Notes under the pieces: model-generated
Database searches by the model: none
The model's input: the letters and a program-made list of their open reading frames with translations, nothing else
Told to the model about the DNA's origin: nothing
Position numbers and translations under genes: made by a program
Source: Octopus vulgaris
Lineage: Eukaryota
Direction of reading: 5' to 3'
DNA length: 64,000 nt
NCBI GenBank assembly: GCA_951406725.2
Contig: OX597825.1
Location: 82,522,001-82,586,000 of the forward strand
Shown here: positions 1 through 14,517 of the stretch, piece after piece
How the letters are laid out: every line of letters begins with the position of its first letter
How positions within the stretch are numbered: position 1 is the first letter of the stretch

Positions 1-24
1 ATAAGGGCCGATTTCCCGGTTTCA

Positions 25-212
25 TTTCTTTACTACTCACAAGGGGCTAAACACAGAGAGGATAAACAAGGACAAACAAACGGATTAAGTCGATTATATC
101 GACCCCAGTGCGTAACGGGTACTTAAAGGCAAAGTCGACCTTGGCGGAATTTGAACTCAGAACGTTGCGACAGACGCCCGGCGTGCTAACGATTCTGCCA
201 GCTCGCCGTCTT
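25..212 (-). mobile_element. tRNA-derived SINE family A, internally deleted copy
   Basis: Reverse complement of the GGCGAGCTGGCAGAA...GTTCAAATTCCGCC head plus the body shared with many copies in the window. Confidence 0.85.
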
Positions 213-1859
213 AAAAAGCCAACGGGTAGTAATATTAAAACTCAGTTCATATTCCTAAGATAATATTACAACGCCTATGTCATTATTATTATTGGTGTTG
301 AGCATTCTATCTGCGTTTATACAATATTCTATAACAAGGATGATTTCATATTTTTAACATAGAACTCTCATTATAACTGGGAGACTTGAAACTACAGTGA
401 AAGGTTTTTAATTCATTATTTTCCGTTCATATGATTTGTTTTTTTCTTTAGTTTATTGAAAAGTAAACCTTATATGTAAACCACAGACAAGATTTATGTC
501 GGTATTCCTTCCCTCGTTCTGGCAATTCAAAAAGTATTATTTGGTAAATGAAATATTATTGCTTGGCAAATAAAGACAAAAAAATTACAGAATAAAACAA
601 TTAAACAACAAATAGAATTCTACCGAGACGTCGAATATAATTTAATATGGAAAAGTTTTAAATTGATCAAAATAGAATTGATTGAAAAATTAACAGAGAC
701 GCAAACCGTGGGTCTAATTTGGTAAATAAGTATTTCACGAAGTGTATATATTTTGCTAATTTAATAAGGAACGACAAGAATTTTTAAATGGATAAGATTC
801 CTCAGTGAAATCGAAATAAATAACAGATTGTCTAAGGTCGGAGCAGGCACAATTTATCTTGATATTTGTACATGTTCAAAACAAACTCTTTAATTTTGAT
901 TTGGTTTAGCAGGTCACTGCTTCAACGAGTGAGAGTGGTAGACAGTATTAGATAATCAATGAATGCCAAATATTTAGGGCGAAAAAACCAAAAACCTTCG
1001 TTAAGTTCTGTCGTGTAATTGGCGATTATGTAACTATCCAGTAGATTACCTAACATCGAATATGAGTTTTCAAAACAATGCTATATATCAACAAAAATAT
1101 TGGGGAAAAATGAATAAATTTGATTATATTAATTATAGTTTTTTATATTAATTATATTAATTCAAATATATGATTTTGTTACGTGCTACTGAAATCTCTA
1201 GACAAATACGTAAACGTTTCCTCATTAAAAAATCAATTTTTAAATGAAATTCCAGAAATTAAATTGCTATAACTGAGGCCCCCCATAATTCCTGATTTAG
1301 CAGATATATGACTGGTAGATAGCTAGACTCAGGTTCAATTCACCACTAGTTAATTTACTATTTCGTCATTCTACAGAAATTTATCACGGATGTAGTAAAT
1401 CCCATAGACGAAATTTTGTACCAAATTTCTTACTAAACGTAACTGAACGGTGAAGAATTTCGCTTGATTAGCTGTAACATCGGGTATATCTATGACTTGT
1501 AAATGATATTGGATAGATGAAAACAGCAGATAACTCGAACCGGATTTCAGGACATGTAACTGAAAAGCATAAGTCAGCGAGGGTATACGTACCAATTCAT
1601 TTACCTGCTCATTCCATGGACAAGTCATTCCAAAGATCGAACAACAATCTTCATTGAGAACAACGGAAGTCACAAGAGTAGCCGGCACAAAATTTGGAGA
1701 TTCTCTGACACATCTTCGTTTAAGTTTTAATATGGACTTTCTTAAAAAGGAATTATTTGGTTTAATGCTAAACTATTTTATCGGCTGTTATTTTGGCGCT
1801 AATTTACCATAAGGTAACGGTTGTTTCCAAAGTTATTTTAGTGCTGTCTTTTTTGCAGT

Positions 1860-1957
1860 TCATGGTGCTGATAATAACCAAACCGCTAGAAATTCTGTCA
1901 CTGATTCCGTTGAAGGACGCTTTGAAATGTCTGCTGGTGTTTGTCCATACCTATTGC
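1860..1957 (-). CDS. Candidate exon, either terminal or ending at a weak donor after 1884; encodes an ankyrin-repeat-like segment
   Basis: Acceptor ttattttcttgctttAG|. Phase-1 frame reads (R)NRYGQTPADISKRPSTESVTEFLAVWLLSAP*, in frame with exon 3478-3642. N-x-x-G-Q-T-P-x-D...V-x-E-F-L has ankyrin-repeat spacing. Confidence 0.5.
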
Positions 1958-2053
1958 CTAAAGCAAGAAAATAACAGTTTAATGACAGTATAAATGAATT
2001 CGGGCGATGTGTTGGTCGAATATGGCCCTAACATATCTCAATTGATCTAAATG

Positions 2054-2055
<2 letters not shown>

Positions 2056-2123
<68 letters not shown>

Positions 2124-2160
2124 ACTGACACACACACACACATACACACTGACACACGCA
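2056..2160. repeat. (CA)n microsatellite
   Basis: Directly visible. Confidence 0.95.
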
Positions 2161-2161
2161 C

Positions 2162-2345
2162 TAGGGTGTACTGAAAAGTTCCTGGCTTTGGGTAGAAGAA
2201 ACTACGAGGAAACCAGGTAATTATGATTTAAACTCAACATATTCCTCTCTCAGATTCACACAGTTATTCCAGCTGCCTTTCAGTTGTTTTAGGCGCTGTA
2301 AAAGAAGTCTGAAAGCTGGAGGCCCATGTCTTTCGCGACACCCTA
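2162..2345. mobile_element. Short mariner-like MITE
   Basis: Imperfect TIRs (TA-GGGTGTACTGAAAAG at the left, CTTTCGCGACACCC-TA at the right) with TA flanks. Confidence 0.55.
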
Positions 2346-2508
2346 AATATCAGGTACATTCCAGCATCCACCTTATGCATATACATACCCCCCACATACA
2401 TACATACATACATACATACATACATACATACATACATACATACATACATACATACATACATGCATACATATATATATATATATATATATGTATGCATGTA
2501 TGTATATG

Positions 2509-2540
<32 letters not shown>

Positions 2541-2664
2541 TGTATAGGTATATATATAATGATAAAGAATGAAAAATGTGGTGTATTTCGAATTCCATGT
2601 TACGTGTTTCATTACAGAAGAAAAGCTACAAGTTATATATTTGCGTTGCGACTATGTATGATTT

Positions 2665-3010
2665 AGATCGATCCCAGTACGCAACAGGTACTTAATTTAT
2701 CGATGACGAAAGGATGAAAGGCACAGTCGTCCTCGGCGGAATTTGAATTCAGAATGTAAAAGACAGACGAAATGCCTATTTCTTTACTACTCACAAGGGG
2801 CTAAACACAGAGGGGATAAACAAGGACAGACAAACGGATTAAGTTGATTATATCGACCCCAGTGCGTAACTGGTACTTATTTAATCGACCCCGAAAGGAT
2901 GAGAGGCAAAGTCGACCTCGGCGGAATTTGAACTCAGAACGTAACGGCAGACAAAATACCGCTAAGCATTTCGCCCGTCATGCTAACGATTCTGCCAGCA
3001 CGCCGCCTTA
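2665..3010 (-). mobile_element. SINE family A with duplicated body
   Basis: Full head at about 3010; the GTTCAAATTCCGCCGAGG...TACCAGTT module occurs twice. Confidence 0.9.
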
Positions 3011-3477
3011 ATGAACAAATTCTCTTACGTATAATAAAAGTTTCTTTCTAACACGGATATTATATATTTTAATATTAGCTTTCATATTATTAGGAAATTT
3101 GGAGTGTACCTCCAGGTTTTCAATAAACCATCTTTATTTCATATATATAGTTTATCGTGATTTTAATTGGACTTTTCTGAAGCAAGACAATATTGTTAAT
3201 CTTTGATTTAAGAAACGAAATTCCCTTCAACTATTAATGACTACCCAAAAGCGATTGCTTCTAATTTAGTAATTTTGAATGAAATTTTCGCAGCTTTACG
3301 TGAGATTGGATTGTGTCATTAGTAATGACTATGAAAAATATCAACCATTTGTTAACCATTTGATATCAGTCAATATCAACCATTTTTTTCTGTAGTGAAA
3401 CATCAGTAACCACATCAAGATGAACAAGTATCAAGAATTAGTATATTAGAAGTGGAGCATTTTTCAAAGAGACTCAC

Positions 3478-3642
3478 GTGTGAGTGTGGTATCCCCCATC
3501 ATCACATGTTGCACTAGGAATCGTGTCAAAGAATGCAAAAATCTGATATGCCCAGTTGGAGCTAACAGACATCTTTGGATGTACGGAGTTGGGGTCGTAT
3601 TCTGAACAGCAAGTGTGTTGAGGAAATATTCACATATGAAAT
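3478..3642 (-). CDS. Candidate internal coding exon (165 nt, phase 1-1)
   Basis: Acceptor ttcttcttacAG| and donor |GTGAGT. One frame is fully open: FICEYFLNTLAVQNTTPTPYIQRCLLAPTGHIRFLHSLTRFLVQHVMMGDTTLT. Unique sequence lying between repeats. Confidence 0.55.
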
Positions 3643-3734
3643 CTGTAAGAAGAAATGTCGACTGGCCATAGATAGAAGATCATCAGAACTAATGAAATTC
3701 TTAATAAAACAACAGCTCTGCTAGGAATAAAACT

Positions 3735-4345
3735 CATCTGAACTCAGAACGTAAAGACGAGCGAAATGCTGCTAAGCATTTTGCCCGGCGTGCTAACAAA
3801 TCTGGTACTTATTTTATCGACTTCGAAAAGATAAAGTGCAAAGTCGACCTCTGCGGAATTTGGACTCAGAGCATTAAGACGGGCGACATGTCGCTAAGCA
3901 TTTATGCCGTTCCTGTAATATTGATTTCAACTTTTGGCACAAGGTTAGCAAATTCAGGGGAGGGAGAATATCGATTACATCGACCCCAGTATGCAACAGG
4001 TACTTATTTTAACGACCTGGAAGGGATGAAAAGCAAAGTGGACTTCGGTGGAATTTGAACTCCGAACATAAAGACGGAAGAAATACCGTTAAGTTATTTT
4101 CCCGGCGTGCTAACCATTCTGCCATCTCGCCGCCCCAATCTGTAACGTAATATTAATAATAATCTTCAGGCAGCGAACAGGTTAAAGTCGTTAGGAACCG
4201 GGCAAAAATCTTAACGGCTTTTCGTCCGTCTTCATGTTTTCAGTTCAAATTTCATGGAAGTCGATTTGCTTGTCACCTCTTCGGGATCGATAGAATATGG
4301 AACAGTTGAATACCGGGATGGTGCCAAAATTCGAAGCCAGTATTT
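3735..4345. mobile_element. Cluster of diverged SINE A copies (minus 3735-4135, plus 4168-4345)
   Basis: Repeated diverged head and body modules in both orientations. Confidence 0.75.
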
Positions 4346-4431
4346 ATATATATGTATGATTTTCAAATATAAACATTATATACATTCACTTAAATATATT
4401 CCTTATACAACTGTAAAATAAATATGAACAT

Positions 4432-4562
4432 AGGCGCAGGAGTTGCTGTGTGGTAAGTAGCTTGCTTGCCAACCACATGGTTTCGGGTTCAGTGGCACCT
4501 CGAGCCGATCAAAGCCATGAGAATGGATTTGGTAGACGGAAACTGAAAGAAGTCCGCTGTAA

Positions 4563-4594
<32 letters not shown>

Positions 4595-4607
4595 ATGTGT
4601 GTTTGTA

Positions 4608-4640
<33 letters not shown>

Positions 4641-4840
4641 ATGTGTCTATGTTTGTGTGTCTGTTTATCCCCCTAGCATTGCTTGACAACCGCTGCTGGT
4701 GTGTTTATGTCCCCGTCACTTTGCGGTTCGGCAAAAGAGACCGAAAGAACAAGTATTGGGCTTACAAAGTCGATTTGCTCGACTAAAGGCGATGTTCCAG
4801 CATTGCCACAGTTAAATGACTGAAACAAGTAAAAGAAGAA
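4432..4840 (+). mobile_element. tRNA-derived SINE family B with internal TA/TG microsatellite
   Basis: GGCGCAGGAG head, GGTTCAGT B-box-like motif, and the 3' half GCTTGACAACCG...CTGAAACAAGTAAAAG. Confidence 0.85.
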
Positions 4841-6052
4841 AGACGATACGATACACATACGTTTCAAGTATGTTACAGAGATATACGGTACTGATAGACG
4901 AACACCAGAATTTAAGATTTATCATATCAATACATTATAGCAAAGCTATCAATATAAAAGTTTGCTAAAAACAAACATGAATAAAATAACGATTTACAAA
5001 CGCAGTGAATTACAGAATATAATTTTCTCAAAGTTGATTTAATGTTCATTAACTTGATCTGTATGTATGTCTTGGATTGACAGGTCTTTAAATGCTAATT
5101 CATGTGGTAACTTGACCTAGGCAAGAGAAATGGTAACTGGACAGAGAGTTACGCGCAAATGCTAACATACTAATGAAGTGACAAAAAGAATTATAATATA
5201 ATAAATATATTCTAAATTAGGCATAAAGCTAGTTATTATAAGGGGAGGGTGTTAGTTGACTTCCTTATCTAAAGTATTGGGTTTGTTCTTTATTTTTATC
5301 GACCCCGAATGGAAGAAATAAAAAAAGGTGATATTTAGAATTAAAACCTAATGTGTCGTAACAAATAATGTATGTGGTATTATCCGACTCTCCAATGACC
5401 AATAAAGTGTTCTTTGTAAAATGCAAGATGCCCCTGTTTATCAATACCGTTTATTTTTTACCATTCTACAGCTTATAAGTGGAATATTGATATGCGGTTT
5501 CGATTTGAGCACAGAGCTGGAATATTTGAAGGGAAGATGATATTGAATGTCAACGAACGAAATACCTGACTGATACTTTAGTTTATCGACACCCAAAGGA
5601 TGAGAGGCAAAACTTACTTGAACAGGTGTGGAACTCAGAATGTTAACATTCAGAATAAATACAGAAAAGCATTTTTTTCCGATTCTCCAAAATTTCTGCG
5701 GAACCATCTCTCTTGGCATTATATTAATAGTAAACACGAAGAATATCATAGATACAAGGGATTTTTGAAAATATTAAATATAAAGTTTAGTAGGATTAAG
5801 CATCGAAAACACAAGGGATCAATTACGTGTTGATTTTTTTCTTTTTTTGATAAAATCATGTTACACGCTTTTCCTTCATGGTGCCTGCGTTTGTTATTTT
5901 GTCCAATATTTGAAACATACTACGTCACTTAAGGTATCTGAGGAATTATTCTCTAAGTGAAGAAATTGAATATTATACAGCACATATCACTAATACATAC
6001 ATACATACTTACATACACGCACACATACATGTATATACAATATATGTGTATG

Positions 6053-6089
<37 letters not shown>

Positions 6090-6102
6090 TATATAGTTTA
6101 TG

Positions 6103-6419
<317 letters not shown>

Positions 6420-7879
6420 CAGAGAGAGAGAGAGAGAGAGAAATTAGATTAGTTATACGTATATGTGTAGATGGCTGTACACTTTACAACGTCATCTTCA
6501 TAATGATATGTATAAATATTTGAGTGACATTAAAATATGGTGCATCTTAATCTAAGATAAATATTTGGTTGCATTGTTCATGTTTTCAAATTTAAAAGCG
6601 GGTGGTTGTGCAATTGAAACGGCGTTTCACCCGATTTCCTTAAACCAACAGATATATCTTTGCATAGAGATTGTTTAATATACACCCGCACGAAGCGTGT
6701 TCATAGTTTTAACGTGGCTGTCAGAACCTCACTTAAAAAGAACGATTTTAGCAAACAACAAGCATAATATTATTGAATGAATGATTGCAGAAACGTTTAT
6801 ATAACCACTCAAGCTGAAAATCGATTCTCTGAGTTACCTGATGATAAATATTCTTTTCACTTTGGTCTAATGGTATAGGGAACTACTTGAATTCCTCAGC
6901 TGATTGGTTGGCGATAATTTATCAAATTTATTATTGTTACATTAGACACAACCGATTCTCCATTTGATTGTTGTATTAAAACTTGTGTTTACTGTTGCTT
7001 ATCTGATACGCTGTATCTTCAACTGTAATAGATTTGCTTAGGCATTTAGTCGTATCCAATGGACAAGCAAAAATATCTAGCTATTTCCGTTGTGTACCTT
7101 TACAAGTCTTAGTGATTGTTTCACAATCCCTTCATTCTAGCTTCAAAGATATCCACGTTTAAGAAAGAAAGGAATCTCGTCTTTGCTTTACATTGTTATC
7201 TGAATCACTTATGTTATTGATTTGTTGCAGAGACAATATGGCGATCTTCTTAGATATAAACTACTGCTCGGCAAGGAAAGGCAAGGAAAACATTGTTCGC
7301 GTCATCTGATATTGTTAGCTGGCTTATTTTTGTAGATTCTTCTTTAGATATTTGTTGTACAATCAATCATAATTGCCTAAGATCGTCGCTGACAAAATGG
7401 CATTTTCTTATACACTAGAAAAATACTATCAAATCTTTGGAATACATCCTGCTTCTTTCCAAATATTGGATGTGTCTTTCAATACTCTAAGCGACTTAAA
7501 CATCTCCGATAAACAAGATAAAGCAAGGGAAAAACTAGCGTACTTCTCGGTTGCTATTTCTTTGTTTTAATTGTACGGATTCGAACTAACAGTTTAATGT
7601 AGAGTTATAATATACAGATTTCTAACAAAGGCACACAGACACACCTTTTGCAGGGAAAAGATAGAACCAAATATATAAACGGAAGTAATTAATGAGTAGC
7701 TGTTGTATCGATTTTAGAAGCTTGAATGGTGAAGCTGAGATGAATTCGATGGTAATTGAAATGGGAATGTAAATAATCATAAGAAAATGGCATATCTTGA
7801 TTGATCACCTACTGATACTGTACTAATCGATCGTCTTGTGGAGCTATAATTAATTGGAAATTATTCTGTAAGACTTATA

Positions 7880-8110
7880 ATTGTTGTTCTTGTTGCTGTT
7901 ATTAGAACTTCGTCGCAGCGCAGATGGAAAAAATGCACTGGAGCATTTAGAAATCTGTCAAGAGGCAACATGCGTCTGAGACAGATTATAGTTTCCGTAA
8001 AATATGCGCCGCCGTACCTAGTACGGCTGATTTTTTTGTATGACACCAATCTGGCATGGTATTTCTGAGTAATTTAAGAAGTTTTGAAGTTTCAATGGGA
8101 TCGACCCTAA
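7880..8110 (-). mobile_element. Decayed 3' end of an R4/Dong-clade LINE
   Basis: Minus-strand translation IQK(frameshift)SAVLGTAAHILRKL* matches the R4/Dong C-terminal QKxxLLGTAxILR motif. Confidence 0.65.
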
Positions 8111-8176
8111 AGCTCCGATGAAAACTGGTTTCACTTATATACCTCTCCTCTTCCAGTCCTACCATCTCTATTACCA

Positions 8177-8543
<367 letters not shown>

Positions 8544-8730
8544 GCCTTTGCACAGCTTCTAATGCTTGAGATGTACTACGGTGTCAGCTGTTCACAACCA
8601 GTGAACTAAGATAACACCTCTTAGTTTTCGGGCAGCATCCGGAGTATTCGAGCGGTTCCAAGCAGTGCTGTTTTCTGCAAGTGCTCCACCGTTACTGTAA
8701 TCCCTGAGGCCTCAAGAGACAACAAGTTAG
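8544..8730 (-). mobile_element. 3' end of an R4/Dong-clade LINE ending in (TAA)n
   Basis: LEASGITVTVEHLQKTALLGTARILRMLPEN*, then a short 3' UTR and TAA repeats. Confidence 0.8.
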
Positions 8731-8857
8731 AAGTTCAAGTTCGTGCTATGACTAGGGTGGTATATATTTGGTTTTGCGCAGAGTATTGCTCTACACACAC
8801 ACACGCACGCGTGCACACACATATATAAACATACATACATACATGCATACATACATA

Positions 8858-8913
<56 letters not shown>

Positions 8914-8921
8914 AATACACG

Positions 8922-9085
8922 GCGGCGCAAGTTTGGCTATTTGGTGAGAAGCTTACTTCCTAACCACATGGTTCTAGGTTCAGTCCCAGTACGTGGCACC
9001 TTGGGTAAATATATTTTACGATCGCCTCGGATCATTCAAAACCGTGTTAAGGGATTTGATAGACGGAAACTGAAAGAAACCTGTC

Positions 9086-9090
<5 letters not shown>
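8922..9090 (+). mobile_element. SINE B, 5' half
   Basis: Diverged head through GACGGAAACTGAAAGAA, followed by (TA)n. Confidence 0.75.
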
Positions 9091-9156
<66 letters not shown>

Positions 9157-10002
9157 TATATATGTGTGTATGCCAACCACGTTGTTATAACATTCGTGTC
9201 AATTTAACTATGGAATAAAAGATAAAACACTGGATCATTTATAGTCACGTGTTTGTTAAAAAGAAAAAAAAAAAGAAATGCTCTTCTCATTTCAAATTCT
9301 GCACAGGTCTCTGCTCCCCTTCATCAAGTCATGATCGATGAGGTTTTGCTAAAATATTCTCTTTCCTTAAACTAAACCGATGATTCAAACATGGTGATAG
9401 AAATTATGTGAATTCAAAAGTAAAATAAAAGAAATCATGCTGTCTTAACACGAACCGAAACCCTTTTGATTTGCTAATATTTTACATGTATTTAACATGT
9501 AATAACGTATTCCATTATTTCTCTTTATTCACATCACATTTTTTTTTCTCTGTGCCTCATTTTGTTGTATTTCTTTTATTAAGAACATTTGTAGTAATTT
9601 AATCACTTTACGTTCTTTAATCTGTAAACGTTTCTTCCTGTCAGGTTTCATGTCATTTCAGGTTTCCATACAATGGATATTTCAATCAGTTTTTGATAGC
9701 TGCAAACCATGGTTGCTTCTGCACTTTCCTTCACAGTGAGAATTATGTGGAGCTTTGCATAAACCACTAAACATATTAGAAGAAAATCGCGCAGAATTAG
9801 CGATAAGCACTGAATTGCTCCAGGTCCATTACTATACATCGTTGGGTGTTTCGGCATTCGTCTATTCATATTTATTATTCCACTTATTGAATTATGTTGT
9901 CAGCCTATTTAAAAACCTTCAGAAAAATCGTATTAAGGTTTACAAAAACATCCATTACAAAATTTATTCTATTGCATTCACCCATTTTCATAAATGACAT
10001 TA

Positions 10003-10165
10003 GATGTGGCTGTGTGGTAAGAAACCTGCTTCTGAACCGCCTGTTTCCCGGTTCAGTCCCACTGCGCATTATCTTTGGAAAGCTTCATATTTTATACCTC
10101 CGGGGCTAACCAAAGCCTTGTGAGAAGATTTGGTACTCAGAAACTGAAACAAGTCCGTGGGGTGT
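10003..10165 (+). mobile_element. SINE B, 5' half
   Basis: TGTGGCTGTGTGGTAAG...GGTTCAGTCCCACTGCG. Confidence 0.75.
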
Positions 10166-11166
10166 ATATGTATATATTATAGACTAACTTTCTCTTTATA
10201 AATATGTCCTGAAAATTCCACACAACCTTGGCGTTGTTGTCTCATTTTACTTAACACACACACACACGCATATATAAATATAACAAAAGCTGGTACTCAG
10301 AGATTCACGTTTCCGTTCGTCGGACAGTTTTGTTAAAATAGAACAGAAATAACGATACGATCTAAACTAGTTAAAAGATACATCTTTAAAAATGGATTTG
10401 TTTCATTGGTCCTTTCAATTAACGGTCTTAAGCATGCGATAAACAAAAGAAACAAAATAAATGAATTCAATATAAATTCATTTCATTATATAAATTGAAG
10501 AAAAACGTAAATCGAAGAGTAGATTCAAAATTCTTATTGCAAATAATTATATACGAAATATAATTCGATTAATACATTAACATTAAAACTAAAACTTTCA
10601 CGCTGCATTACATAAAAATTTTACAACAGTATATACGCATACTAGACCATCTATGATATATATATATATATACACCAAATACACAGATGTATGCACACAG
10701 ACGACATACATGTACAGGCATATATATATATAATCAAAATAAGCAACAAGGATATCCAAAGGTAATGCAGAACGATCGTTTCATGCGACTCCATTTATAT
10801 ATATATATATGACATAAATATGCGCACAAATACACATATACACACATACATATATGCATGCAATCATGCCCGCATACGAAAATCACTTTGTGTATATATA
10901 TAGAATTTGTGACAGTCAACTTAGATGAGACGTATATTAAACGTGGGGAGAGGGAAAGGAAAAGGAGAGGAAGGATCTTAAACGTAACAGTTAGAGAGGG
11001 AAAGAGGTAACTTACCTAAGTAAGAGAGAAGTGGAACGCGTTGTTAAATGACGCTATACAAGTAACGAATAGAGAGAGAAAGGCTAATTCTCTTAAGGAA
11101 AGAAGTAAGAAAGATTGGTTGCGGAATATGTGCAACAAATGTACACAAAATAAAATCTCTCTATAT

Positions 11167-11580
11167 AGGCGCAGGAGTGGCTGTTTGGTAAGTAGCTTGC
11201 TAACCAACCACATGGTTCCGGGTTCAGTCCCACTGCGTGGCATCTTGGGCAAGAGTCTTCTGCTATAGCCCCGGGCCGACCAATGCCTTGTGAGTGGATT
11301 TGGTAGACGGAAACTGAAAGAAGCCTGTCGTATATATGTATATATATATAAGTGTGTGTGAATATGTTTGTGTGTCTGTGTTTGTTCCCCTAGCATTGCT
11401 TGACAACCGATGCTGGTGTGTTTACGTCCCCGTCACTTAGCGGTTCGGCAAAAGAGACCGATAGAATAAGTACTGGGCTTACAAAGAATAAGTCCCGGGG
11501 TCGATTTGCTCGACTAAAGGCGGTGCTCCAGCATGGCCGCAGTCAAATGACTGAAACAAGTAAAAAGAGAAAAAGAGAAA
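11167..11580 (+). mobile_element. SINE B, full-length copy
   Basis: A-box TGGCTGTTTGG, B-box GGTTCAGTCCC, internal microsatellite and purine-rich tail. Confidence 0.9.
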
Positions 11581-11584
11581 AAGA

Positions 11585-11968
11585 GTATATAAAGCTGAAG
11601 TTGTCTGTGTATGGCAGGTTTGGTAGCCTTCAACTAACACTATCTCCCCCGAGACCCTGCGGCGCAGGTTTACCAAAATCGAGAGTATGAAAGAAGAAAT
11701 CTTGCTTTTCCTTCCGTAGAAGAAAAATTCAAATCGGACCATGTTAACACCAAAAATTATTTACATAAAAAGGTGCTTTTTTTCCACGAAAATTCCTATT
11801 TTTTACGATTTTTTGACTGCTGTGTTGCCATTTTTCGGTGTATTTCAACCAGAAAAATGTTCACTTAAAGAGAATAACAAGCTACATAAGGCAAAATGTT
11901 TACTTTTCAAAAATTCCAATTCTAAAGGGTCGATACAAACCCGAGCAACGCGCAGCGATACTGCTAGT
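11585..11968 (+). mobile_element. Non-autonomous Helitron-like element
   Basis: Begins TATATAAAGCTGAAGTTGTCTG. Ends CCCGAGCAACGC...CTGCTAG|T (CTRR terminus after a GC-rich hairpin remnant). Confidence 0.65.
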
Positions 11969-12035
11969 TATGTATATATGTGTATACAAAAGTATATATA
12001 GGCATAAATACACATATAAGATCATATATATAAAC

Positions 12036-12329
12036 ATATGGAAATATGCACGTAAATACACATCCACACAAATCTAAGTGAATACATGCATAGACGCTTA
12101 TTTACACATATACATAGACGCACGCATATGGATACATATGCATGCCAACAATACAGATATTCACAGAAGAACATATCTAGGTCCTCACGTATATATAAAA
12201 ACGACTTTTTAAAAAATTTGCTGAGTGTATAATAATAAAATTCGGATAAAAGACATGCAAAAGAGAACACCTTATATCGAATTATCTATAAACGAAACGA
12301 TCAAATGGGTTTATAAAATACAATAAAAT
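12036..12329 (+). repeat. Local direct duplication, copy 1 (copy 2 at 14518-14849)
   Basis: Colinear match from ATATGGAAATATGCACGTAAATACACATCC to AAAATACAATAAAAT. Confidence 0.9.
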
Positions 12330-12608
12330 CAAATAATATAAAATAAAAATAGCACCTTAAACATGAAAATACTATATGCATATAACAGTCGAAGGTTTTC
12401 TTAAGAAATATGTCGAAATAATACAATATCTTTGCGAAGCGAAATAAATCATGTATTGTAAGATACAAGTCCAACAGTGTGATTAAAACCTAGTTCAAGA
12501 ATAAAAAAATATATACTATCCACATGGTATATTGTTAGCCAACATTTTATATATATATATACACACACACATATATATATATATATACATACTTAAATAT
12601 ATGCATAA

Positions 12609-12645
<37 letters not shown>

Positions 12646-12692
12646 CATACTTACATATATGCATAAATACATACATATATAAACATACATAT

Positions 12693-12766
<74 letters not shown>

Positions 12767-12789
12767 ATATGCGTGTGTCTCTGCGTGTA

Positions 12790-12950
12790 TATAGTTGAAA
12801 TTTACAGGAAAACAAAAGTCGAAGCCAGGTGTGTAAACAACAAACATGGGTATTAGCTTGACGCCTGGGAAGGTGAGAATGTCTTTTACGTTTCAAGCGT
12901 ACGCTCTTCAGCAGAAAGGAACACGAATAAATAAACATACAGAGAATAAA
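12790..12950 (-). mobile_element. PLE-like terminal-repeat fragment with a hammerhead-like core
   Basis: Minus strand reads CTGAAGA-GCGTACGCTT-GAAACGTA. Same family as the copies at 6257 and 26188. Confidence 0.55.
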
Positions 12951-14146
12951 AAGAGAGAGAATATATACATGCATGCATACATACACACAAAAGTATAGAG
13001 GCATATATACCTGCATGTATATTTATATATTTACATATGTATATATATATATATGTATGCGTGTGTGTATGAAAAAATATATATGTGTGTGTGTAAGAAG
13101 TAAAAGTAATAATTCGATGTTAAGTTAGGAAACGCGTTTCTATTGGTAATTTATTTTCTATTACGCCACGACTTTGCTGGTGTATATTGTCTTATTGAAC
13201 ATCAGCCTATATTATCGAAACGAATAAAATTATTGAACTTAGAATCAACATTCAAACTGTATTGTTCTCTACGACGACGATAACGACGACGACGACAATA
13301 AATCTTTACATCCACGAAAATTACATAAGAGATACGCCAATATTGTTTGCAGGAATATGAACGCGGCTACGAACGCAATCGATATTTCAAACGTTGATTC
13401 AATAAAGAGCTCGAGAAGGAAATATGAACTATTGGCAGGTGATCAAACACTGAATTCTTTATTGTTTTTTCATTATTACTTTCTTTAATCACTCCTCCCT
13501 TGTTTTTTTCATTCCAGGTTGTTCTTTAAGTTGTCATTGTGTGTACATTTTATCACATGATCAACGAACTCTCAATTCTGTCTAAAAATTATATTTTCTT
13601 TTAAATTTGCTAGGAAATCGCAAGAAAATATTTTGGCTTCATTCTTTTGTTCAAATAGTGAAACGTTTCTTTTTAATCTTTTGGAAATACAATGAAAATA
13701 ATAATATATTTTGTTTGTTTTATATATAATGTATCTGTAAAATTGACTCGCATTCCTTTGTTAAGCTTCTCGTACCATAGTGAGCAGGTGTATCTACAGG
13801 ATTTATATAGAAATATTAATCTCTCTAAAGGAAAACCACAGAAATCCGATGTATTCGATAATTATATTTTCGCATTAAATCTCGATGCGTTGAATTTTTT
13901 TGTGACCTTTTCAATTCTTTTGTTCTGCCGAAGCACATTTGTTGCGCTCTCAAAGAGCATGCTATTAAGTCTATCGAAGTGAAAGTTCCTCGAAATATCT
14001 TCATGGAATATGTATGACGCTTAATTGGGTCCTTTTTCGTGCCAAATACCTTCAGATATGTAATTTGATACAAAGTATCTACGAGGGGACACAGGTGTAC
14101 TGTTCACTGTTATAAACAATTGTTGAACACTCATTAAAATTGTAGC

Positions 14147-14219
<73 letters not shown>

Positions 14220-14517
14220 ACCACTATGTAATCAATACACAGACATACAAATGTAAAGTTAAATTAGACAACGAGCAATGTCATTTGGTTCAGCTATTAC
14301 AATATACGATTAATCCTCTGCGTAAAATTTGACCATCTATTGAGCAATTTCACCCCTCATCATGCAGTCAATTCACTTTTATCTGAGTTCTTGGTACGAA
14401 AAGATTAAAGGAAATGTTTTCAGCCAATTTACTCTCCCAGATCGATTGAAGAAGTGGAAGCCTCCTCTGCACGTCTGTCTTGCATCACACTCCCCACAGA
14501 CTTTTAAAGTAGACAGT

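Noticed and set aside
1371-1688. 105-aa minus-strand ORF with an internal CAG|GTAAAT donor
   Set aside because: No recognisable domain, and the nearest acceptor is not in phase with the candidate upstream exon.
6840-7570. Coding-like composition, possibly an old LINE
   Set aside because: Many stops and no diagnostic motif I can name.
9661-9735. Possible plus-strand exon (TTTCAG|...|GTGAGA)
   Set aside because: Short, no recognisable peptide and no partner exons.
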